64,000 nucleotides of DNA from Entomortierella parvispora E1425 (lineage: Eukaryota > Fungi > Mortierellomycota), in assembly GCA_020891255.1 (NCBI GenBank), contig BQFW01000003.1, positions 1,116,001 through 1,180,000 of the forward strand, given 5' to 3'. This document shows, in pieces, positions 50,046 to 61,503 of the stretch; within the stretch, counting starts at the first letter, position 1; each line of letters opens with the position of its first letter. Made by a program: the position numbers and the translations under genes. Under the pieces are notes generated by a model. That model was given only the letters and a program-made list of their open reading frames with translations, was not told where the DNA came from and searched no databases.

Positions 50046-53000
50046 ATGGAGAAGCAACGACTGCTCTACGATATCGACACGGTCGCCATCTGGACGCCCA
50101 GTCCTGATCAGGCACCCACTGCTTCAAGCCTCAATGCACAACACAACGGTGCTGCCTCGCTCCAGCAGCAATTGACCCTCCTCGACAATGACACAAAGAG
50201 GAGGCTTACCGAGTGGAGAAACTGGTTCTTAAGACGCGTCGCCGCCAACATCTCTCCCCTCTTCCTCACCACCACCGTCCCGTCTGGCATTGCCTCCACC
50301 CTTACGCCTCTAAAATCTGCTTGGCAAATCGCCCTTAGTCCAGACAGTCAGTTCCTTGCTGTGAACCATGAGGACAAGCTCGAGTTCAGAACCCTCAACT
50401 CGGACTATCAGGTGGTCCATGCCGTCTGGGGCGCTGGCAGAGGACAGGACCTATACCCAAAGTGGAGAAAGATTGCCTGGAGTCACGATTCAAAGTTGAT
50501 TGCTAGAAGCTTCAGCGATGGCACTATCGAGATTGTTGACATCAAAGGTCGATTGGTTGGCACTATCGTCCCAAAGGATCAGCCTCAAGCGCAACAGACA
50601 GAAGAGAGCGCGCCAATCAACGCGTCCAGCCATCTCTTTGTCGAACCCCTGAGTTACCTCGGATTCAGCAACGTCAGGAAGAACAAGGATAACGAAGGAT
50701 TAGGGTTCAAATACCATGGGCAGAATTACGCGTACGAACTAGTCGCAATCACCTTTGATGGCGCTCTCCGAAGCTACCTTTTCAATTCACCAGAGGCGAT
50801 CGACTTCTCAGATTCCGCCCCAACATCACCCACTGTGGATGATCCAAGAAGTAAACGGCTTCAGCATCGACGGTCACTCCTGGCTACACAGTCCCTCCTG
50901 GCCCCACGGCAAACTACCTGGCCTCGTGAAGGATTCTCCGATCCGGGCTTCTTTGTCTGCTTTCACAAGTTTAACTTCAGCCCTTGGTTCAGAACAGTAG
51001 CATGCGCCAGTATAGACGAGAAAACTGGAATTCTTTGTGTCGGTGGCGCATTGTCTCAGCGCAAAGATGTACCAGGTTAGTTGTCTAATAGTACATGATT
51101 GTGGAAATGGCCGAATCTGACACATGTGCCTGTTATTTACTCGTTATCACTCATTTCATAGAGGATGAAACCCGCTCTGGCGTCATGTTTTGGGCCATTG
51201 AGTACGACCCACCTTACTACAAACGCTACAAATCGGATGGGACATTGGAGACAACCGCTGATAATATTGTGAGGCGAACGGGATCAGAGAACGAACCCTC
51301 GAAACTGCCAGCAGGTCTCGCCACAGTCGCTCAAACTCTACAAAAGCTCACAGAAAGGGACGCTGGACTCACAAAGAAGTCTGTGCATACCATTGTGGGG
51401 CATGAGAAGTACGGTGTGCTGTCTTTGGATGGTTCTGGGACACTCACAAGCTGGGCAATCTCGCAGGAACACGGCGGAAAGGTGAAAACAAGCTGGGATA
51501 GCGACCACCTCAACTACTTCGCACGATCGAAAGAGCACAACAGTCTCTCCTTCAGCGAGTTCCAGAAGCTTGTCAAGGAATATCAATCCAATGGAACATC
51601 CTCGCACCTGATCGGCGTCGTCAACGGTCGCTGTGTTTCCATGCGGTTCTGGACAAAAGATGCCATCCTTTTAGGCTATGAGAGCGGCGCAATGATTGTT
51701 CTCCAGATCCCGGAGCTGGTGAACATTTTAGGTCAGGAGCCCAAAGTTTTTGCTTCCTGTCTCGAATTCACCAACTCTGGATTCAAGGCGCATGACGAAC
51801 AAGTCTTCGTGATCGAGGAGATTACAAGGATGATTCGCGCTCGTGTCGTTGGTGAACGGTGTATCATGATGTCAGAGCAAGAAGACAAGGCTCTTGGAGA
51901 GCCATCGGAGCAGGAAATTGCACAGATGATGGGCAACGAAGGCCTCCTGTTCAAATGGATAGCCCAACTGTCCAAATACTTCGAGTCCAAGGAAGTGGAG
52001 GAGCATCGCGCCAAACGACAAAAGCTAATCCTGGTGCCAAAGCGGACACTGAGTTTATACAGACTTCTTAGAGTCCCACCAGAAGAGCTCCTTCATCGAA
52101 AGCTGGAAGCAAAAGAGTTTGCATCTGCACTGTCGATTGCCAACACGTACGAGCTCGATACCGATACCATATACCAATACCAGTGGCAATTATTGAATCG
52201 TTTCAATGCAGATCTTGTCTCGGACTTGCTTGGAAAGGTTACGGATAAAGATTGGGTCCTCTCTAGTTGCCTCGATACCCAGACTGATGACCTAGAGAGT
52301 GTCAGGACGCTACTTGAGTACGGTTTACGACTTACGGATGGCCTGATGGACGATATCATTGCTCGTTGTGGTTTGACTGCCGACACAAAGATTAGCTGGA
52401 TTCGTGCTGCAGCCTCCGGTGAACCTATGACTGCACAAGCGAGTCAAGCCCTACAGGACTCTGAGCTTTCAGAGCAGGATATTCGATGGTGTCAGTACCG
52501 ATGGTACTTCTTCAAATACCTCAACAGGCTTTCGACCTACATCGAGCTAATGAAGGCGGAAGCAGACATGCGCACCTTGGAAGAGTCCAGGACTGTGAGT
52601 CTCCGACAATCGCAAAATCCAACATATGACCCACTGGACCCTCTTGCGGAAGACTTGGAGAACCGTGGAACCCGTTCCCCCCCATCATTGACAGGCCCAT
52701 ACTCAGCCTTCCGGGACGTGGATCTTGCTGGTCAAGCATGTCTTTACGCAGAGGCTGAGTTTGTTCAAGGAGTCAGGACGCTCTTTACGCGACATAACCG
52801 AGAAACGTGGCCCTGGCGATTGGCAATTGTCGATCGGATACCTGAAACCTGTCCAACTGCCCTATATCGCGACCTCTTACCCAGGGTCGACCCCAAGAGA
52901 GGATCGGAAGCTCTTTGGATCCAGGATCACTCATGGAGGGATATGGACTGGGTGGAGGTCCCAGAGTTCAGAAAAGTGGTATTTGGTTCAGCGGATCATG

Positions 53001-55710
53001 AAATGGACCACTATCTTCGACAGCGGGCCATGGTGATCGAAGAAAGAAAGGCCGCACATGGCGGAAGTGAAGCTGCGTCGCTGGATATGGATCTGATAAC
53101 CAAGGAAGCCAACCAGATTTTGCCCTCCCCGATTGCATTCCCAACTTCGAATGAGGTGCTCACGGAATGGTACATCCGTCGCGCTCTGGAAATCGATAGG
53201 GCGGCAGGACAGATGATCGAAGCACGTCGTCTGATTCAAAATGGAACGGACAATAATATTCAGCATCTTGAAAGCATCAGCGAGGATCTCGGTATCCTGT
53301 GCAAGCTTTTGTACGAAATCAAGCCTCAAAATCGAAACCTACGAGCCAGGGATCTTTGGACAAACACTATCCTGGACCTCTCCTTGGAGCGTTTCTCATT
53401 GATGGACCCTATGCAGGTGGTGCAGTTGTGTCTATCCATGAGCGACGACACGACTATCGTATCTGACATTCGGCACTTGGTGCTGCCATACCTGACCGTC
53501 ATCATTCCCAAGCGCTGGCAGAGGCACGATCAAAATCACACTCCAGGACAGGGATTACCTGCTGGATTGGATGTTCGCAACCCTATGTCGTACCTATACG
53601 CTTATCTTCTCAGTCAGAGTCCAGAACATCTTGCTTGGGTTGGCGCTGTGGTAGAAGCATCAAAGCCTGTGTATGAGCCGGAAGAACGTATCATCAGCAA
53701 TGACATGGATTTGTCTTGGCTGACACTTTCGTGCATGTATGGTTGCAGGACTGTCCATGAATGGAAGGTGATGAGCAATATGATTGTGTGCCTTCCCATG
53801 TTTGAGCAAACAGAAGAAGTGGATGAAGCTGTGGATAAAGTGCGTCGAGCTGAGCTCCGGAAGGATATCTTCCTCCCTGCTGATGGTGATCATTCCTCCT
53901 CTCCAGTACCGGATCGCTCACGGATACCGCAGCAGTTGGACCCGCTGAACATGTATCCAGCCTTTGTGAAGTATGCACCAACTCAAGGACTCATGCAGCA
54001 CGCGTTGGATACTCTGGAGCGTCACTTGACTGCAGCCGAGACTTTGGCTCGCTACGATCTCCCAGTTCGTCTCTCTTGGTTCCTGGAAAACTCTGACTCC
54101 GAGGCAAATCAACTCCAGATGATTACCAAGATGGCTCGACTTGCAAGCGGTGGACCGGAAAAGATGGGCGAGCGCTTTGAAAGTGATGATGAGTGGATGT
54201 TATTACTAGAGGATTTGATACGCCTTCGTGAGGATGAGCAAGGTGGTGGTGTCATGAACTTGGTCTCAGAGCAGGATATTTACCGCGAGTATCTTGCGGG
54301 AGTGTTGAGTTGTGGTAGTACGTATTGGATCATGCTTCGCACCCTGAAATGGAAATGTACTTGGGGAGCTGACTATAGCTTTATTCTTCATTCCCCTAGA
54401 ATTTGAACTTGCAAAGGCTATCATTTTCCCTCCTGGGCAGCTCCCCCCATTGAGACTTGCGACGGCTGAAAAATTGGTCATTGATAGCTCCAATGAGATG
54501 TACAACAATGCTAGTTCTGGAAACCGGCATCAAGGGTTGATGAAAATGGCCTACGACTGGTAATGCTCATGTCGAAATGGACATCTCTGTGGGTTACTCT
54601 CCAGTTCTGCTAACACCCAAACTATTCATCTTTAAACGACACAGCCTGAAAGTCCTTCCAGAGACAACCAATATCCGAAGGGAGATGGATCTGATTGAGG
54701 CGACCAACTTTATGACCGCGACCTACAGACTGACTGCCCCTGACACGAACTCTGTCATCCTACCACTCCAAATCAGATCTACAGAGAACCGACTTTCACT
54801 TGTGAGGCGATTGATCATGACTCAGGAGAATGCCTATCGGGACCATGAAGCCATGCTGGAGTTGGCCATCAAAGTGACCGGCGTTGGTCCAAAGAAGACA
54901 TTGAGACAACAAATCGAGATCCAGGTCGTAGGCATGCTCATTGAGGCCGCGTTGAAGGAGCGAAATTATGTCTTTGCCCTCCAACAGTCCGATCGACTCA
55001 TGGATTTGATGAAGATGAGTGGTACTGTCGATCTTACTGCAGATGGCTCGCCCAAGGTCAAACGGGTTGTCAAGAGCACCAGTTTCAGCTCAACCACTGG
55101 CAATGAGGAGGATCCTGGAGCAGACTCTCCGACTTCGCAGCCAGGGTCGCGCTCAGGTACTTCTATGTCGATGCGTGGCAAACAGTCCCAAAGCTCGCCC
55201 AACTTTTCGGATACAGACCCAGAGGCCAGGAAACCTTGGGAGATCTTTGTGCAAGTCGGAAGTGAGTCTGCTGGTCGGGATTACAACAGACGATTGACGG
55301 TGGTTGCGTACGCTCTTGCATGTTGTCCACCCGAAAAGCTAGAGAGTGTTCTAGAGCTATGGAGGTCGCTGGAAATGGAGTCCCTTCATGCCCCTGTCCC
55401 CGAGGTCGATCCTCGGAGAGGTGTAGCAGGATTCATGTCGACAATGATGGACAGAACCACGTCTTCAGGATCAGGAGGTCCCTCTGGATCTACCGCGTCC
55501 CTTGGATATAACCCTGGTGGACGTGGAGGGGATGGGCCGTTGTCCGAGATCATTGGTCGTGCAAGTACAGGCAGCATGCTTGGAGCGGCTCATCAGGACA
55601 CCCTCCGAAGAGATCAGAGCATGAGCCAAAATAGCGCACACCATGAACACGACACTGGTCGTCGACGTGACAAGCTCAAGTCGCTTGTGAGCTCGATCTG
55701 GTCCACGTAG
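50046..55710 (+). CDS. SEC39: NBAS/Sec39 (Dsl1/NRZ tethering complex) with N-terminal beta-propeller
   Basis: N-terminus LYDIDT..WRKIAWSHDSKLIARSFSDGTIEIVD resembles NBAS. The Sec39-like region has LFTRH..WRLAIVDRIPETCP..YRDLLP and LTEWYIRRALEIDRAAGQ. Introns near 51076-51161, 54318-54399 and 54560-54643. Confidence 0.85.
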
Positions 55711-55831
55711 TCTGAAAGAAAATAAATAAACGGTAAACTGCCTGGAGTCCGTGTTGGCCAGGACGGTACGATACACCCTTAAGTAGAACCACTATATGTA
55801 GTTGCTCCCACGGCGTGGCTCTCTGCTGTTA

Positions 55832-55973
55832 ATCCGTCTTATTCCACATTGATCGATACTGACAGAGGCCAGCACGGCGACCCTTAGGTAGAGCAGCCTC
55901 TCATTATTTATTATTACCAATACATGATCCGTCTTATTCCACATTGGTCGATACTGACAGAGGCCAGCACGGC
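55832..55973. repeat. Two 47-bp direct repeats (1 mismatch) separated by 48 bp
   Basis: ATCCGTCTTATTCCACATTG(A/G)TCGATACTGACAGAGGCCAGCACGGC at 55832-55878 and 55927-55973, with a degenerate partial copy at ~55747-55789. Confidence 0.93.
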
Positions 55974-55996
55974 TTAGTCTGATTCTCACTCGTCAC

Positions 55997-56410
55997 CTAG
56001 GATTGCCATATGTACGCAACATCCGCAAGGTACACGTGACTTTTGAAGGCGCGTGGGGTGATCCTTTGAATCGTGAAAGAATCTGCCTGGACTGGAGCGG
56101 CACCAGCACCATCGCCAACTTCATATCTCACATGTTGGTAAACACCATCCGGGATAAAGTGGGGAAAGAGCAAAAGAGTAGCCGCAGAGTTGTGTCTACC
56201 GCCACCAGACGACACGATAACGGAAAATAACAAACAGCTCTGGTCCAGAGTTGTTGGGTTTTTTGTATTATGTCCCTGCCAACTCACATTGACAAAGAAT
56301 AGTGGTGCAGTGAATCTGTTGTCGTTGTTCCCAGGGGCCTGCTGTTGTTGCCTAAGGTCCAAAATAAATAGTGCCGTACAAGCAGTGTCTGCAACCTGTG
56401 TATCCATCAT
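55997..56410 (-). CDS. Small hypothetical protein (137 aa), divergent from the PIN-Fanzor gene
   Basis: ATG at 56410 to TAG at 55997, with protein-like composition. A minus-strand AATAAA lies ~90 bp downstream, inside the spacer between the repeats. No family recognised. Confidence 0.35.
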   Translation of the reverse strand: MMDTQVADTACTALFILDLRQQQQAPGNNDNRFTAPLFFVNVSWQGHNTKNPTTLDQSCLLFSVIVSSGGGRHNSAATLLLFPHFIPDGVYQHVRYEVGDGAGAAPVQADSFTIQRITPRAFKSHVYLADVAYIWQS

Positions 56411-56787
56411 ATTCAAATTTCAAAAGTGTAACTCGGGGGAGCCATCAAGATGCGGTCGTGAAGTGATGGCACACAGGAAAAGCTTATGAATCTGTGGTGC
56501 GCCTGGTCGCCTTTACTGATTCTATGAAGCTGTCAAGCTGTTGATTTCATCAAGCTTTCTCTCTTGCTTTCTCTCTTTCTTTCCCTCTTCTTGACCTTTA
56601 TTCTCTCTTTCTCTCTTCAAGTTCACTACCAGTAAACCTCTGCCAGGCGTGAATATTCCTACTTTTTTATCAAACCACTCCATTTGTCCTACTCTTTTTA
56701 CTTTGACACTATCCACATACTCTCACTGCTGATCCTCCTCCGTGGGGCGCATTTCTGTTCCTTGCAGTTTCTTCCTTTTACTTCAAC

Positions 56788-59700
56788 ATGGGGTGGCCCG
56801 CTCTACGAGAGAGAGTCGACGCTGTCAACTTTCGTCCAGATCTGGTGCTTTCGCTCGATCAGCTGTGCACAGAAGGGACAAAAATTAGGATCGACATGCA
56901 GGCGACGTATTTTGGTCAACTTCGGTCATACTACGGTTATCATACGACGAAAAAATGGGAGATCGGTCACCAGAAAGTGCTGGCTTTGATCAACCATTTC
57001 TTACAGACAAGTGGAGTCCCCAAGAGTAGCGTCGTTCTCTATTTTGATGGAAAGCCCTGCGAAGAAAAGCAGGCAACGGCAAAGTCTCGACATCAAGAAC
57101 AGCAAAAGTCGCTGATTGCAGCCAAAGCAACTGTGGAGGATATACAGCAAAGAGCTCTCCACGACAAACGCATCTCGAAAGGCCTGTTCAACAAGGCCCA
57201 TCGCCTGTTATCAAGCGCTTACTATTTCCCCGCAGAGATCAAGAGCAATCTTGTCCAGTTTCTCATTCAGCAGGGATTCGACGCCAGGGTGTGTAGCTTT
57301 GAGGCAGATCCTGAAATCGCGTCCGACTGCCAAACGCACGATGTTGTTGTGTCTCGGGACAGCGACATGTTCGCCTACGACACTATTCACACCGTAGTTG
57401 TCCCTATATTCAAAGATCGCTTTCTTGTGAGTGCGCTTGAGAAAGTGATGTCCTCGCTGGATCTAAGCCGAGTCCAGCTCACAACTTTTGCGATCGTGAG
57501 CCAAAACGACTATAACAAGAACGTTGAGGGATTCGGGTCAGTCAAGACCCTTGATGTTATTAAGCAGCTTGACTCTGGCGATGCAGGTAATATAAACTCC
57601 TCTTTCTGTTTCTATGTATTGTGAGTACAAACTAACGATCATCGTTATCTGTTCGTTTTCAGACGCGTCTGAGTACATTGGGGTCGAGCAGATGGTTGAA
57701 CGGTTCCTTTCCCATCGTCTTTTGGCGGCCAAGAACATCGATCCCCAAATGTTTGCCGGTTCAAGACGCGTCTTTGTGGACAAGGTGCAGACGGCGGTGC
57801 AAGCGCCAACGGATACCCTGCTGCCCTTTACATGGGTCAGTGTCTGTAAAGACCTCGAGGAAATTAAGGCCGGTCTTGAAAAGAGGCGCCGTGACGCCAG
57901 GCTATCTGGACAAGAACAAGCGATGTAAGTTCCCGATCCTTCTCTTTGCATCCTCCATTGGCATACTATACTCCTGTACTTTTTTCGCTGATATTCACAC
58001 CTGTCATGACTTTTGTCATAGCTCGTCACTTTACCCTTCATCGAAGAGGCATGGTTCAAAGCAAACTTTCAACCCATTCAGAACAATCGATCGACCTTCA
58101 GCGGCAGATGTCAGTCTCGCGAAAAATAGGCACATCAAACCACGCTACTCGTATCATGAACGACAGGCCAAAGACCATGGACCAACACTGGAGGCTGACC
58201 AATATTACTGGAAGTCGTACCAAAAACCTGCCCAGGAGGAAGAGAGCAGCAAGGAGGATGAGGATGAGGACGAGGATGAGGTGGAAAATGACGAAAGTAG
58301 CTGCGCCCAGGAGGGCAACACTGTGGTTGATAACGCAGCAGTTGATGGAACTCAGCGCAGGGTTCATCCCAGAGAGCAAATGCAGAGAGACCTGCGTCGT
58401 CATCATCCGTTTGTCACAGCTAAAGTCGGATGTCTAAAGGCGAACATTCTTCAGGCTTGTAAGAAGGGTCACTATGGCCAAACAGTCTTCGATTGCCTTG
58501 CCCTGGCCGCGAAAGTGAGTACAGCAGCCAGGAGACAAACTGAACGGATACTTGGACGCTACATTGATGCGGTTCTAGCGCAGCCGGTAGTTGACAATAA
58601 GGACAGAATCTTCTTGGATCTTATTTGCCCAAGGATTCCTGGTTCTGAAGGCACCAGTCCTGACGTCAGCAGTGTCAGTGCGAACAGCGGGAGCAGGCCC
58701 AAAAAGCGCAAGAAAGTCAACAATTCTCAACAATGCAACTTTCTGGCCTGCTTTGCCCGGTTTCTCATATCAGGAAATCCTGGAACAACAGAAGCCCTCA
58801 GAGCCTTTCGAGAGCGACTGCGCTTTTATGGAATCAAGGACAGAGGCTTTCCTTATCAGAGTGAAAACTGTCCCTATTCTGCCACTGTTTTGGTTGAACC
58901 CTGGTTAAGGACCGTTCAGGGCCAGATCCAACGCCACTATATCAATACGAGTCTTGCAATCAAAGAAAAGGTATGTTGATATCGCGCTGCAGAGCCGGAT
59001 TATTTTATCAGCGCATGTTTAATAACAATCCGTTCTTTTGTTTTCATCGTACGCAGCTCGAAGAGTACGGCGCTCAAATCCACGGAGAGGATCATTCAAT
59101 TCGTGAAAATGAGTCCGCGATCGAGAACTTTTGGAGATTAAACATTCTGGACGGCAAGACCCATGTGCTCTTCCCTCTCACCCATTTAAGCGACCCTCAC
59201 ATCACATGGACCGACCACCAGCTTGCACAATTGTTCTGGTATCATGCTGACCTAAAGTCCAAGCTGCAGGAAATGGTCCGAGGCGACTTTGGCGGTGCAG
59301 GCTTGTCTAGGGAGCCCACTCTGGAAGACACCAAATCATGGGTGGGAAGGCAATCACCTGGGGCCATCGTTAAAGAATTCGTCTGCAGAATCGGTCACAA
59401 CAATCTTTCAAGACGAGAACGGAAGAAGCGAGGAATGAAGGCGAAAATCATCGATGCTAACACTTTGGAGCTCGAGGCTCACCTTCAAAGACTGGGGAGT
59501 GAGGACTTTGACCCGAATACATACGAGGACAAAGGCTATTATCTGCAAGGCTCCATTACTACAAACGGAACGAAGCTCCACGTTAACGTCTTTAAGATTC
59601 GAGAACTGAATATGGTCAAATACAAGCGGCTGCCATCAGATCGGATGCCCGTCTCTCCAACCTCCACTATCCGTGGGCTCGACTACCTCCCATCCGAGAT

Positions 59701-61265
59701 CCGCCATGTCTTCAAGAATGAGGGAGACGTGCAACGCTACTACGGCGACTGCAGCCCCAGCGACATCACAGTTGTTGGCATCGATCCTGGGGATCGGTTT
59801 ATTGTTGGTGTGCATGTATTGCTACCAGAGTCTGCGAGCAGCCCAAGCGTTCAGGATCCTACGATCAGTCCGAGCTTTCGCAACCTTACTATCAGTCAGA
59901 AAGCTGCATACCAACCAATTCTCAAGCATCGCGCTTGGCTTGAGGAGGAGTCTAAGAAGATGCTACGGTCAGTTCCGCTCTCCGCAGAAGCACCATTGAT
60001 CACAGCTTCATCAGCAATATCTCCAGTGTCGTTACCAAGCTTGATCTCCCCACCACTCTTGCAGTCCTTTTCGATGCCCTCAGTAGAAGGGGCCTCCACA
60101 AGTTCCCTAGCTTCTGCCTCGAATGCGCAGGCACTATCAACAGCAGCAACAAACCCCAGGGCTCATACAACGGGACCGCCAGATCCAGAGCTATCAACAC
60201 TGCTCCCTACGGACGCCAAAGCTCTTCTTGTTATAAAAATGAAGGAAGCAGCAGAACCTGTACGTCAGGCTCAGTTTCGCCTGGAAAATCACTCCCGATC
60301 GCAGCCAATGGCAGTAGCACCTACCAATGTTGCACCCGCCAATGCTGCATCTGCCAATATTGTACCAATCGACGCTGAAGAGAGCATCGCTGATATACTC
60401 AGACATCTTCCACCACTGCATGGGCCACAGGCATCCTTCACAAAGTATATGCAAGAGATGGAGAAGGTTGCCGAAAAACTTGATGCGTTTTACGGGAGCC
60501 AGAAATACAAGAAAAGGCATTGGGGTCTGAAGAAGGCGATGGAGGCCGAGTTTGCCATCATGGCAGACCGTATCATGAAGTCGTTTGGAGGCAGCATCGG
60601 GCGCCGACGAAGACCGGATGAAAAGGTCTTAGTGGCAATAGGACAAGGCGGGTCTAGATACAATAAGGGCCTGGAATCCATGGATAGCACATTTACTGCC
60701 TATCTTATTCGCGTTGTAAGTTGAACAAACATGACATGTACTTCGATTCCTGCTACCCCAAAAAGATCTGGCAAATGCTAACTGCTATTGCTCTTTCTAG
60801 CTACGGTCACTTGGTTACGTCGTAGTTCTGGTGAACGAATATTACACGAGCCAAAAGTGTCCTCGCAGACACTGCCATCGATTCCTGTTTCGCATCAACA
60901 TGAGGCGACTGGCCTGTAATCACTGTGGGTCTCGGGTTCACAGAGACGTTATCGGGGCCCATAATATTGCCAATGCCGCCCGACATCAGATGACATACTT
61001 TACGCGAAGCGACTATTTGCAGCCCACGGATAGGGAGGGCAATTGTCAATGGACACCTGGTGTCAAGACAAGCACATCCGATCCAGTCAAAGAGCTGAAT
61101 CAGAGAGAACGCGACATTCTGGAAGGATTAAACAATCTCCAGCCATCTGAAAGGCCACTCTATATACAATGCAAGCGCGAGCAGCCGACCCCCCAGACAG
61201 AAGCCAAAAGAGCTCTGCAACAACGTGCCGCGGGTGGGAGGGACAAACGCGCCAGAACCGGGTGA
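56788..61265 (+). CDS. XPG/FEN1-like PIN nuclease fused to TnpB/Fanzor RuvC-Zn finger (1377 aa, 4 introns)
   Basis: Exons 56788-57586, 57663-57924, 58022-58970, 59057-60715 and 60801-61265 total 4134 nt with no internal stop. PIN acidic motifs: RID36, YFD87G, E172AD174, RD191SD193 and ND241Y..GFG (H3TH-like). RuvC motifs: VGID913PG, VNE1236YYTSQKCP and HRD1272VIGAHNI. Zn finger: CPRRHC..CNHC. Confidence 0.88.
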
Positions 61266-61390
61266 ACATTTCCCAAAAAAAACATATGCGTGTTTGCCAG
61301 CACGTTCTAAAGTGGGGCTCGTGAAAAGGAGTCACAAACTCCTGGACAAATAAAGCGCCCCGGGCGCGTGGCAGCAGGCTGCGACGTGGA
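61200..61390 (+). ncRNA. Candidate omegaRNA region at the 3' end of the Fanzor ORF
   Basis: The position matches where TnpB/Fanzor omegaRNAs are encoded. Short hairpins at 61280-61295, 61327-61343, 61355-61367 and 61371-61382. No covariation or expression evidence. Confidence 0.3.
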
Positions 61391-61503
61391 TGTCTGTGCT
61401 CCTTCATCATTCCTTTACATCATCATCCTTTCGTCCGCCCTCGTCATCCTCAGCTCAGCATCTTCGGATCACAAGGAAGCTAGACATACTCTTATACACA
61501 CGC

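Noticed and set aside
55832-55973. CRISPR array
   Set aside because: Only two full repeats, a eukaryotic context, no cas genes, and the spacer resembles a degenerate upstream copy. Tandem duplication is simpler.
3255-61265. MULE transposase as the partner transposase of the Fanzor
   Set aside because: They are 50 kb apart with many housekeeping genes between them and share no terminal sequence.
56788-61265. Bacterial contamination or a prokaryotic IS200/605 TnpB
   Set aside because: Four spliceosomal introns with branch points, an NLS-like motif, and contiguous fungal genes on both sides.
56007-61288. CATATG on both sides of the PIN-Fanzor gene as a TSD or TAM
   Set aside because: A 6-mer is expected by chance at this scale and no terminal inverted repeats accompany it.
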